Shown piece after piece: positions 1 through 12,175 of a stretch of 45,634 nucleotides of DNA. Position 1 is the stretch's first letter; each line of letters opens with the position of its first letter. The notes beneath the pieces are model-generated. The model made no database searches and had not been told where the DNA came from. It saw only the letters and a list, made by a program, of their open reading frames with translations. This stretch comes from Bipalium vagum (taxonomy: Eukaryota). The position numbers and the translations under genes are program-made. Where the stretch lies: contig JBBMKC010207263.1 of the NCBI GenBank assembly GCA_037834085.1, forward strand, positions 1 to 45,634, given 5' to 3'.

Positions 1-141
1 TCCAAAAAATTGCAGAACGTTGGGCCCTTGTTTGTGCAAATGATGGATATTATTTTAGTAACTGATATTTGTTTTGTTCAATAAAATTTTTAAAAAGAAT
101 TTTTTATTCAAAACGCTCATTTTTTATGGGACACCTTAATA
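1..141 (+). mobile_element. 3' end of a mariner (DD34D) element, cut by the window start
   Basis: Translation QKIAERWALVCANDGYYFSN* matches the mariner transposase C-terminus (GI.KL.ERW..VV..DG.YF). It is followed by a TIR-like end ...ttttatgggacaccttaaTA. Confidence 0.7.
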
Positions 142-1432
142 TCATATCATCACTATATATTATTATTATTTTATGTAAAGTCCTCATGGGACTTAATTAT
201 AAACTCAATGTTATTTTATTTTTTTCTCTTTTATTTTTTTCATGCTCCACCACCCCCAACTCATCATATCATTTTTATTATTCTTATTATTCCACTCCTC
301 CTATGCCCTATCACTTTTAACCCACTATCATATTTCCACCTGTCAAATTACTCTGGCGCCCACGCCCCAAGTAATTTCATTATTTATTATCTTCACTCAT
401 CTATCCCTGATCCTGTCTACTGATTTACCCAAGTATTCTTTTTTTATTATTAATTTATTATTATTATTTAATTTATTATTATTAAGTTCCAGACCGCACT
501 CTCGGCTCCGATTCCGCCGCCACTTTGATTCTGCTACACAGCCTTGTGGACATGTTTTTAGGTTAGGTTATTTTATTCTTTTTATTATTATTTACTTTAT
601 TATTATATTGATGAATATATTGTCGGTTTCTGTGTTATTTATCAGTTTTGATATTTTTTAAAACTCTATACGGGTTTATCGATCAAATTTACTTTTTATT
701 GATTTATTGATAGTGAAATCCATACTTAAAAATTTGAAGTTCCAAAAATATTGAAGAGAAAAATTATTGTTATCGATTAGTTTTTATTATTATTGTTCAT
801 TACTGTTTATTACTATTATTAATCTACATTATTTTATTTATTTAAAAAAAATTAATTAAATTGAATCACTAAATCACTAATACAATATTTGATGACAAAT
901 TAAAATGTTCAGATACAATTAAAATGTCGAGATTAAAATGTTTGCTATCACAAATAAATAAAATCAGCTTTAAATGTTTGATGCAACTGCAATCCTTCCC
1001 AATAGCTCCTCATCTTTCTTCTTCTTGTTTGATGATTCCCACAGAATTAATAAAAAAATGAAATTTGAATTGATTCATAATCTTATTTTAAGTGTATTTT
1101 AACATGGTGACTCAAAACATGGACGGGATTTTTTTATTTAAGTTGCTACAACGGAAAAAATTGTGTATATAAAAAGTAATCAAAGATTAAGAATTTAATT
1201 TTATTAACTTTTATAGCTGATCTTATTACTAAGCATGTGATGATCTTTTTAGAAAAATTAATTAATTTTAATAAATTATTTCCTAAAAATTAAAAATATG
1301 GATAAAAAATAGTTTAATAAAATCATATCTTTTTGTTTGAATATACAAATTTATAAGATCAAGTTTAAATTTTCAAAATTAAGTAATACAAATATTTTTT
1401 CAATTATATAGTATATTTTTTACGTAGATTAC

Positions 1433-4400
1433 ATGAATAAGGTGTTTCCTAAATTTTCAAAACTATGTATATTATTCAATCTTAAAAGTTCTTCTTCAAT
1501 TCCAAATAAAAATTTTTTTCTTGAAGTCGCTGATTATGCCCTTAAGAGTAAAGAAGGAAAAGTTCAAAAAGATCATTTACATGAATTGGTGAAAGATAAT
1601 ATTAAAAATCAGGTGCTATTAAAATCTTTACATAATGATGGAAGTGGGTTATCTATAAAAAATGACACAGGCTTAGTAAACAAAGACTGTGAAATAAATA
1701 TAAAATCAGAAATTGAATGTGAAGATGAAATTCAAACTTGTAATCCATTGGATATTGGCACTTTAAGGGAGAAAATATCAGAAATTAATTTAGATGAATT
1801 AAAAAATGCTCCAACAAAATTATTGAATCTGAGTCCGATTATCGATAAGTAATTTCTATATATATTTTTTATTTTAATTATTATTATATTCACAAATTTA
1901 AAAAACTATATTGCAATTAAATAAAAAACAATATTATCTCTGTTAATTTACTTTCTCACATTACCATTAAAGAAATACGACGCTGAAAAACTTTTTAAAA
2001 CTTGGAGTGGATCTACACCAAGTTCAGAATAAACAAGGTGGTTCTAACATTTTGATTAGACTTGATTGGGAAAAGGATGTAAAGCCTATCATATCGTTCT
2101 TAAAAGAGCAAGCTGATTTTACTGATCAAGACTTATCGATTATATTTTCCGGATATCCTCGCATTTTTCGGGTTAGCTTATTTTTACGAGGGCAATTTTA
2201 TGATGTTAAGAATTTTCCCACCGAATAGAAATCATTGGTGGAAATTCAGCACATGATTGACCACTTGAAAGCTCGAGATATCATGCCAGAACACATAAAA
2301 TCGATTTTTACTCGTCAACCCTTCCTCTTCCATTTCGATAAAGGCTATATAGAGAAAAAGCTTATTGATTTGGAGATATTGATTAAATTGCAAGGTAATC
2401 AATTGATTTTACAGCTATATCGTTTCGTTTTGTCAATTAAGTCAGTGAAATGAATTTGATCATCATTACGGAGCCCCGAGTGCTGACGGAACACATTGTC
2501 AAGTTAAAAGTTGGAAAGAATTATTGAATTAAAATTTGATTGATTTTCACTTTTCAAAGAGTTCTGTTTTCACATTGACGAAAAGTATGGGATTTACCGA
2601 GAAGGAAATGAAAAAAATTGTGATGACATGTCCCGAAATTTTGCTGAAAAGTAATCTATAATATTTTGAAATATTTAAAAAAGATAATTTTTTGCACTAT
2701 TTGGTTTGTCAATTTGTCAATATTGATTTGTTGTAAGCATTTCTGGTGTTATTGGATTATAACATAATCTTCAATGGTCAATTTGTCAATATTGATTTGT
2801 TGTAAGCATTTCTGGTGTTATTGGATTATAACATAATCTTCAATGGTTTTATATATTTATTGGGACTTTAGTTAATCATAACCCGAAACTTTTATAATTG
2901 AAAAATCATATTTTAGCTCTCTATTGATTCGTTTCATTCTAATGAACTGGGAACTGGTGGAGTAGAATAAGATGACTGATATTGACATTCTTCATGTATA
3001 TTTCTCAATTCCATCTATTCGAGAAACATTGTCTATCTCTACAAGGCAAAGTCATAATCTTAAATAACGATATCGCTAAACATCACCCATCTCGATCAAT
3101 ATGCAATCTCTTTCCATGACTTTTAATTGGAAACTCTTCTACCCTTCATATTCTCAAAATCCAATTTCAATGTATTACCACCTTTTGTATTCCTTATCAA
3201 ATAAAATGGAGAGTGCATTTCTCTTAAAAGAACAAGGAAGATGATGTGGAGCAAAATTAACTCAACGAATTCTGATCTAATTCTTGAATATGTAGCTTCT
3301 GGAAAAAAAATCATATATTTTAAAGTATAATTCGAAAAATTATACTGGGGTGTTTCAAGAGTTCGTGAACAAATATATATATCTTAATCTTGTGATCAAT
3401 ATAAATTTATTTTTCGAATATACGCGTTCTATTAATTGAATACAAAATTTATTCAAATATATATTCATGAAACATGTTTCGAACTTTTATTTTTCAGTTC
3501 TTCATCAGTCAATGTTTTTGATATTTACATTTTAAATCGCTAAATAACGGTATCTAAAAATTAAAAATTATTTTTCTTAAAATAATAGTAAAAATAATTT
3601 CTCTACAACAATAACGGTATTTTTCAAAATACAGTTCATTAGCTTCAATGATTTTACGCTACCGATCTGCTAGTATTCTTATCTGGTCAAAGTACCGATT
3701 TCTTTGTCTTGATTCGAAAAACGCTTTACAAGCCACCTCAATTTCAGCTCCAGATTCAACTCGGTGTCCTCTGAGGAAGTGTTGCATGGATTAAAAACCC
3801 ATAATGAGATGGTGCAGCATTAGGACTGTAGGCAGGATTTTCAAATTTTCCTTGGGTTAACAGAGAAATCAGTGGCTTGGCACGCTTTCGTCGAAGGAGG
3901 ACAGAATACTTTTAGTGCACCATAAACACGATCAAGCTACTGGCAATAAAGCTCTGCATTTTTGGCTTTACCATTTGGAGCCAATTCATAATGAAGAATT
4001 CGTTAAAAAATACACGAAACACAGAAATAACTTCCTGCAAACCTGAATTTACCTGCTACTGAAGGCGGATTAGGCCTCATAGAACCAACATTTTTTACCG
4101 GTTATGAATAACTAAGTACATATTTGCTTTTCATCTGATGTAACATGACGCCTCCAAAGCGATCATCTAGTGGGTTCTCAAGCAGTTTTTTGCATATATC
4201 TGTTCTAGCTCTTCATTTAGGCAGTGTGGATCTTATCATGGATTTTTGTGAATAAAATCGTGTTGATGTAAATGTCTCAGGACAGTTGCTTAATGTACAC
4301 CAACATTTACAGCTAAATTGTGTAAACTAGAAGAAGGATTGTCTTTAAAAGCTGTAATCAATTCGTCATCTACTAGCAGTGAAGGTTAACCTAAACACAG

Positions 4401-5472
4401 CTTGTCAAATATCAATTATTGTAGCTCTTGAACCATTTAGCAGCTGTCCTCTTAGCAAAATTTCCTTTACCTTCAACCTCGCATATCTCCTTAGTAGCAT
4501 ACCTTGCTCTCTTTTCTAACAGTGGCACAATAACACTATTATTTTGTAGAAGTCATCTTATTCACAATATTTGAAAAAATCATTTATTGAAATTTAAAAA
4601 ACTTAGTCAATATTTCAATATTTAAACAAATGATAAATTATACCTTTTAAACATAAAATGTAGCTATTAAATTTTTTCGAAAATAACGGTAAAACTGTAT
4701 TTTGAATATAAAGTTTCTCTATAAGATTTTTTCGAGCACGAACTTTTGCATCACTCTAATACTATTAATTACATTATCAAAAAAGCATTTTTAAAAACCA
4801 TGGGAATTATGTTACTATTCAAAAGTCCAAAGTCTTCAATATCATCGATTAATTTCACTGAGTTTGTAAAAACGTTGATTAAAGACAATTTAAAGTGTAA
4901 AAATTGATTATTTATAACTTAAAATTGAATTAAAATTCTTTAAAACCATCTTTAAAATTCTTACCAAATTAAATAAGGACTGGTTTTAAAACTAAATTTT
5001 CAAAAACTTACGTACTAAAAAATGATCTTATCTTTAAGTTTATTTTATTAGTAATAATTGGTTAAAAAAGAATTTGACTAAAAAGTCGATTTTGGAACTT
5101 TAAATTTTTCCATTTTTTGATTAATTATTTATTATAATATTAAGGAAAAGAAGATATGACTGAGAATTTCCTTTTTTTACACCGATCACTCAACATGTCA
5201 TACGAAGATGTTGCAAATTGCGCTGTTGCCCTGGCATCAAAGTCACCTGCACTGTGTGAAAGAGTAAAGTATTTGATTTCCATCAAGCGGTTTCAAACAG
5301 ATCCCACTCAGTAAACATGAGACTTTGACCGAAACATTTTTTACCATCTCACTTTTGCAGGCCTCTCTATACGCCGATTGTCAACATTATAAAGGGATCG
5401 GAGCAGGAGTTCTGTGAAAATGTGGCACACACGTCAGTTGGAAATTTTAGAAAGTTTTTAAAAACGTTGTAA
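1433..5472 (+). CDS. MTERF3: Mitochondrial transcription termination factor 3 (MTERF3/MTERFD1), 7 coding exons, ~405 aa
   Basis: Exons 1433-1848, 1973-2171, 2229-2394, 2442-2509, 2560-2650, 5145-5310, 5361-5472, all GT-AG with the frame preserved (1218 nt including stop). Motifs TLKNFLKLGVDL...NILIRLDWEKDVKP and the C-terminus EFCENVAHTSVGNFRKFLKTL* closely follow MTERF3 (TLQKLVLLGVDL...[31 protein letters not shown]). Confidence 0.93.
2708..2847. repeat. Perfect 69-bp tandem duplication in MTERF3 intron 5
   Basis: gtcaatttgtcaatattg...cataatcttcaatg occurs at 2708-2776 and 2777-2845, followed by a 2-nt 'gt' overlap. Confidence 0.9.
3343..4761 (-). mobile_element. Decayed near-full-length mariner element in MTERF3 intron 5
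   Basis: Degenerate TIRs (TActggggtgtttcaagagttcgtg / cacgaacttttgcatcactctaaTA). Minus-strand motifs VTSDEK (~4130-4145) and AYSPNAAPSHY (YSPDLAPSDY-like, ~3800-3833). Many stops and frameshifts. Confidence 0.75.
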
Positions 5473-7623
5473 ATTTGATTTGATTGGAGTTTTGTTATGA
5501 AAAAAATTGAATGGTAAAGCTTTTGGTGTAGAAACAAGAGAGATGTATTTATACGGAAAGAAAAATATGAAAAGTAACGAATAAGAAAAGATATTAATAT
5601 TGATATATATATATATAAACTGATAAAATAAATATTATAAATGCTGAAGAATAAATAATTAAAATATAATAATAGCAGAATTGATTAATCCAGTTAGAAA
5701 TGATAGTCTTGAAAATAATATTGGTTATAGAATAGAAAATTGTTTTATGTAATGAGACTTCAGCGTCTAGATGCCACGGTGTACTTATAACTTTAAAATC
5801 TTCAATAGTGCAATAGAATTATTATAACAAGACGAAACGTGTAAAATTATCATAGACAACAATAAAAATTTGCGAAATTTGAATTCTAATTTAGGTAAAT
5901 TATTTCTCTTCATCATGGAAATTTCATTTTTTTTCATGTATGACTCGAAAAATATGAAACCAGATTTTATTTGACATACCCGAGTGCAAAATTAGTGTAG
6001 CTTATGTTTCGCATTTAAGACGAGTCATCTTCATTTTTATTTATTAGTTTCGAAATCTTTGAATTCATATATTTTTATGTCTAAAGAGTTAACCATTACA
6101 ATATGTTTAATATAATTGTTGTCTGCATAAGGCTTATGGAATTTTTCTTTAGTTTATATTGACCAGAAATAAGATTAGAATTAAGCTTCTCACCTTATTT
6201 GGTGACTAGTTATTTATCCAAATCATTACGAACAGTACATTACTAATAGAAAAAGGTTTTAAAATAAATCATGCACATAATAATTCAGTTGGGTTATAAA
6301 TGATAATTTCATAAATTTTTATATTTGTAGAATTAAATTTATAATGACCCCTTGATGAAAAAATTGTTGTGTTAAAAAATTTAGTGATTGGTTACGACGT
6401 AAAAATATTACATCAGTTCCTTTATATTTTTTCCATGAACAAGGATTTTTTCTAAAGGCCTTCCATTAATCATTAAATAATTCCTATAATATTATACCAT
6501 CCAAAAATACGATGCTGATTTATTTCCCCAAAATTAACTATATTATTAATTATGTATTTATTTTTATCTGCAACCCGTATTATAGTAAATTCATTTTTCA
6601 AAGTAAAATATTCTTTCTCCACCAAAATATCAAAATTCATTTAAATTGATTTTTAATTTTTTTGGAAATATACTAGTAGTTATTAAAGATTTCCAATAAG
6701 AAGACTAAGCAAATGATTTTAATTTTTCAAAATAGTTATATAATCATCAATACCATAATATTGTCTTTTGTTTATTTTAAGTTTTTTATAAAATCTGAAA
6801 AAATTAGATTTGTTTTTGATAATTTTTTATGTTTCGTTCTAAAAATTTAAAATCTGTTTTAGGAATATATTTTGATTTTGGAAGCTTTCCTTCCGAAAAA
6901 TAGTTGGCTGCTGATTGAATGTATCCTCCATTTTTTCTAATAAAATTAAACATTTTTCTTGAAATTTTTCACTAATACTTTTATTATTACTATTTTTTAA
7001 ATGTACCTTTTTATTTAAATGTTTTGATTTATTGTATTTTGAAATATCTTTATCACAAAATTCGCAATATCATTTTTTATTTAAAAATTTTTTTAATTTA
7101 TTTATAAAATAAAATAAAATTAAAATATTTCTACCCTTAAATTTTCATTTATTTCAGAGTAATTAAAAATAATTTTGTTTTTTTAGATTTTCATTAATTT
7201 GTTTTATTTTATTTTAGAATCTTCATATGTAAATTTTAAAAAATTGAGGTCTTGTCCTCAAAGTTGTTGACATTGACAAAGTTATTAAAATTTGTAAGCT
7301 CTTTTTACACGGTTTTCCAATATATGTTATAATAAATCAGACATTTGTATAAGAACCAAAATGTAATCGGAAATGTAACCAAAAGTAAGGAAACTTAATC
7401 AAATAGAAAATAATATTCAAGTTGATATTAATTAGATAAATAGATGGGAAATGCAATATAAAGTTTCCAGTAGAGAAATGTATGGCGAGCTAAAGAGAAA
7501 GATGTATTTTCATATATACAAAATATTTTATGCATTACTCTGATGTGTTACCACAGGTAGAACATAAGCATTTCAAAAGTAAAGCACTCGCGTAGGAAAA
7601 ATTCAAATAGCGAATCAGTGTTC

Positions 7624-8180
7624 TACAGAGCGCTTCAAATTAATTGCCGCACTTACAAAAATGACATTATCTTTTGTCCAAAGATTTCAAAATATTTACA
7701 CAAAAAGTGTCTTAATGCAAATGCAAAAAAATATTTGAAAATTTTTTAATATAACAAACTATATTAAGCAACAAATTAAAATATCAAGAAAAAACCGACA
7801 AATTAATTGCCGCAATTTCCAAAAAAACGATTTTTTTTATTCACAAGAATTTGTACCAATACGATTCTAATAGTTTATTGAGCTGCCGTGAGTAAAAATA
7901 GCCTAAAAAATTTTATTTGGCATTGAAGTTACAAAATTTTCCAGGATGTATGGATCAATGTCTTTCCAACAGCCAATAACTGCCGATCTCAGCTCATCAA
8001 TGGAATTGAATTACTTTCACCAGCATATACCTTCCGAACCAACACTACCCATAAGTTTTCTAAGGGATTTAGATCCGATGAGTACGGCGGCCAGTCCACA
8101 ACTTCAATATTTTTGCCTTTTAGCAATTCCATAGTTGAACGGGATACATGGAACCTGCAATTATCTTGCTGAAAGACAGG
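7624..8180 (-). mobile_element. 3' part of a Tc1-family (DD34E) transposon with IR/DR-type end
   Basis: Minus-strand peptide NIEVVDWPPYSSDLNPLENLWVVLVRKVYAG...IDELRSAVIGCWKDIDP. TA-CAG terminus at 7624. The 16-bp direct repeat caaattaattgccgca occurs at 7636 and 7799. Confidence 0.8.
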
Positions 8181-9734
8181 GCTGTATCTACCAAAATCTT
8201 TTATAAAATGAAGTAGATTGTCTTTCAGAAGTCTCTGATACCCTCATTGATTTAGATTGCCGAACTACTAATTTTATTTTGATAAAATCAATATGTTACA
8301 TGTATGGTTAAAGTCTAATATTTCAAATTATTAAAAAATTTTTTTATAAAAAATTTCAAGTCGAAAATTTTTGGGTTTATAGATTTTAGGATGCTCTGGT
8401 TAAAGTAAATTGAATTTTATAATTATTATAGTTACGAATATACGAAAATCTTTTGAAAACGGATTTTATTAATTGAAAAGTGATCAGTTTTGGAATAAAA
8501 ATTAAATCATCTATAGGTCCATCGAAAAGTTAAAAAATAAGGATTTATAAACTTTTTAGAAGTAACCAAAGACGAAGTTCAGTTGCATGTGATATTGATG
8601 TTATTCAACAGGTACTTTTTGATAGTTTTATGAGAAAACCTTATTTTGTGAATGTTTGTAACGCAAAAATTTGTAAAAGAAAAACTGTCATTATAATGTT
8701 TTTTCAAGACAAAAAGTCATAAATCCTACTGTTCTTGATGATGACAACAGCTAACCTAATTCGACAATAATTCATTTATGTAGACTATGCTTTGAAATTG
8801 AATTCTGATTTTTCTAAAAGGAGTAACTCTTGTGATCTTGGTCTGCTTTGTTTTAATATTATTCTCTTAAGAAATTGGAAGCATAAATATGCGTACGTTA
8901 TCCTAATTATGATGTCAAGGAAAGTGTGCAAACTGGATCCTAATCTAAATTTTTAATTGTTACTGTTGATACAGTAAAATATGTTTTAAATATAAATAAT
9001 AATTATTATCAAAGATCGAAAAAATAATCTCTTATAAAAGTGTAAAATATATTAAAAATGATTTCTTTCAGATTTTATTAAAAATATCAATAGGGGACTT
9101 TATTCACTGGTTATTGATAAAGAAATAAATCTTAAGATTATTTCAGATTTATTCAGTTTTACTGATTAAGTTTTATTCCTGAAATATGTAAATCATTTTA
9201 AACCAACAAAAATCTAAAAAATTCCAAATGATAATAAATAATAATGATACCAACTTATTAAGTTTTACAAGGATAGTCCCGTATTTTTAATTAAATAATT
9301 AATAATAAATAATAAATTAAATTATAAATATAAGTTAAATTATTAACTCTTATTCCGTATTTCTTATTTCTAATTCCATGCGATCTAAGATTATTTCAAA
9401 TAATTCGTATATTAAAACAAATATTATCTAACGATTATTGAGATTTCAAATTTCAAATTGATATCAATAAATTTTATATGATAATTATTACTTAAATTTT
9501 CATTAGTTTTAAATAAGATTTCCAAATTCGGACAATTCATATGTGACAACCAAATATATTCATGAATTTCAATGACTCTTCAACGTTAAATTAAGTTAAC
9601 TAATAAATGACAAGGAATAAAAATAAAATTCTCAAATACTTAAAACTTAGTTGAAAAATAAAGATTGATGATTTTAATATATTTTTTCCATTAGAGAATC
9701 ATTAAAAATGTTTTAAATCAATATTGATGAAAAG

Positions 9735-10315
9735 TTAATTCGATTTCATGTGCAGCACGTACACATCCCCACGTATAATATTTTCTGTCTCATAAATCCA
9801 ATTTTTAGTGAATTCGGCCCGACAGTCTTCAAGAAAATCATCCTGCAAGTCGCAAGGAATATATTTCGTCAATGGCAAAAGGTATTTCATAATTTCCATT
9901 ATTTTTTCATAAGATTTGTACTGTGAGGTAATTGTGGTTATATTTTCAGAACATATCTCATAATTCATATCGGACAATTCCTTGAGGAAATTGTTGGACG
10001 ATATTTCTTGCCTTTCCTTAGTCATACATGGAGGAATATCTTTGACATGCTAAAAATGTAAATGAAAGATTTTCATAATTAATATTTATTAATTTTAATA
10101 AATATAAATAAATAATTATAAAATTTTTCACTTTTCTCAATTATATTTATAATGTGATACCTAAAATTAAATTAAGTTAATTCTTATTAAAAGGGACAAC
10201 AATTATTTATTAGCAAAAGTTTATTATTAAAAGTTTTTGCACTTTGCGATATAATTTTCAAACCTTTTGTTGAATAATGATTACTGTAAAAGCCAAGTTC
10301 TATCTACAGCTTGTG

Positions 10316-10375
<60 letters not shown>

Positions 10376-10977
10376 GATACAATTAATAGTTTTAATAAAA
10401 TTATTTTATAAATAATTCACACTTGTAGATAATTTTTCCATTTCGGATGGAGAGGCATGTTGCATGTTACATTTATCAAAGGGTCAAAAAATTTTAGAAC
10501 CAAAACGTGCACATGTTCAACAGGACCATTTCTTAAAGATGTTGAGAGAGTTTTAAATACGTTTAATGGGTTTTCGACCCAATTCATAGAGAGACCACTG
10601 ACTACAAGATCAATCTTATCATTCTTTTGAATTATTGACCGGAGATCTTCTTCTTTGTCTAAATCACAAACCTCATAATTCGTATCAGAATTAAGAGTAT
10701 AGTTCTTTCTGGCGTAATCAATGTACCTTTCACTCTACAACAAATAAATAAATAACATTAAAAAGATTGTCACCTTATCAATCCCTATAAATTTATCAAC
10801 ATTAAAATATTCTGAAAAAAATTTTGTGTCTTCTCCAGTTCCACAGCCCAAATCTAACATTTTGGTATATTTACTTTTCAATGGGTTAATGAATTTTTTT
10901 ACAGGAGTTTGCAACCACCGTATTTGGGCTGCTGCATTATGCAAAGCATAATGACAACCTTCATTTGAAAAACTCAT
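9735..10977 (-). CDS. Class I SAM-dependent methyltransferase, juvenile hormone acid O-methyltransferase (JHAMT)-like, 3 exons, ~276 aa
   Basis: Exons 10977-10774, 10734-10423, 10049-9735 (GT-AG, both introns phase 0, 831 nt). Motif I MLDLGCGTG, post-I FIGIDKS, DLVVSGLSMNWV, plus PKWKNYLQHV and IPCDLQDDFLED, as in JHAMT-like proteins. Confidence 0.85.
10316..10373. repeat. (AAT)n microsatellite in methyltransferase intron 2
   Basis: About 19 uninterrupted AAT units. Confidence 0.95.
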
Positions 10978-11276
10978 TAAAAGTATCAAAAGTATTTATT
11001 GTCAATGTACAGATTAATTTAAGGGCATGGAGGATGTCAATCAAACCAATTTATGCTGTTATTAAATTCAGGTTAATGCTGACCTGAATATATTTATTCC
11101 TTTGATTACTGCGAAAATATAAATTAAAATATAATAATAAATATAATAAATATAAATATAATTAATAAAATATTAATCTAATCTATTAATTAAATGTAAA
11201 GTCCGAAATTTCAGATAAATACATAAAATTGTTTTAATTATATCACATTTCAAAGTTGTCAATAACAATAATCAAT

Positions 11277-12175
11277 ATGAAAATGGAAAATCACGAATTT
11301 CGAGTTCTCCTGAAATATTATTTTTTGAGAGGTTAAACAATCAGCAAAACAAATTTTAAGACTCATTAAATATTATGATGACTCCTCACCACCAATCGGG
11401 ATGATCCACAAATGGTTCACCGAATTTCGTTTTAGCCGAACAAGCACAGATGATTTCGCACGGTCTCATCGTCCAAATGAAGTGAAAATATCGGAAATTA
11501 TTCAAAAGATTCACGATATTGTTCTTAATGATCGACAAATCAAAGTGCACGGGATAGCCCAGACTGTTTGCATATCAGTTGGATCAACATTTTCAATTTT
11601 GCATGAAAGTTTGAAAATGAGAAAACCGTTTGCGAGATGGATGCTGCGCTTGTTCATAGTTGATCAAAAGCGTGAGCGTATGCGAAGAGTAAAGTTTGGC
11701 TTTTTTCCAAGACAATCCAAATGAATTTCTTCGTCGTTTTATCACTATTGATGAAACTTGGATTCACCACTATACCCCTGAATCTAAAAATCAATCAAAG
11801 CAGTAGATAAAATCAGGCAAACCAGCTCCGAAAAAGGCGAATACTGTTGCATCTGCTGGAAAGGTAATGGCTGTCATTTTTTGGAATACGCACGGTGTAA
11901 TTCTAGCCGATTATCTTGAAAAAGGAAAAACAATTAATGGAGAATATTAAAGTGAATATTATTAAAGTGAAACAGCCACACATGTTGAAGAAAAAGGTGT
12001 TGTTCCTTGATGATAACGCAGGTCAGCAGTTGCAATGGCAAAACTTCATGAACAACACTTAACTGATATCACATCCACCATATTCTCCTGATTTAGCCCC
12101 GTTTGATTATTTCCTCTTCCCAGAAATGAAAAAATGGCTTGCGGGTCGAAAATTTCAATCGGATATTGAAATCAT
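11277..12175 (+). mobile_element. Mariner transposase pseudogene, irritans/Himar1-like, 3'-truncated
   Basis: MKMENHEFRVLLKYYFL, IHDIVLNDRQIKV, RRFITIDETWIHHYTPESK, SAGKVMAVIFWN, DYLEKGKTING and HPPYSPDLAPFDYFLFPEMKKWLAGRKF are collinear with Himar1. Stops and frameshifts are present. Confidence 0.9.

Noticed and set aside
487-545. GC-rich cggctccg patch resembling a hAT MITE end
   Set aside because: No partner end or TSD found; too short to support.
69-661. Three overlapping ORFs of 71-139 aa
   Set aside because: Low-complexity F/I/L-rich translations of T-rich DNA with no domain motif.
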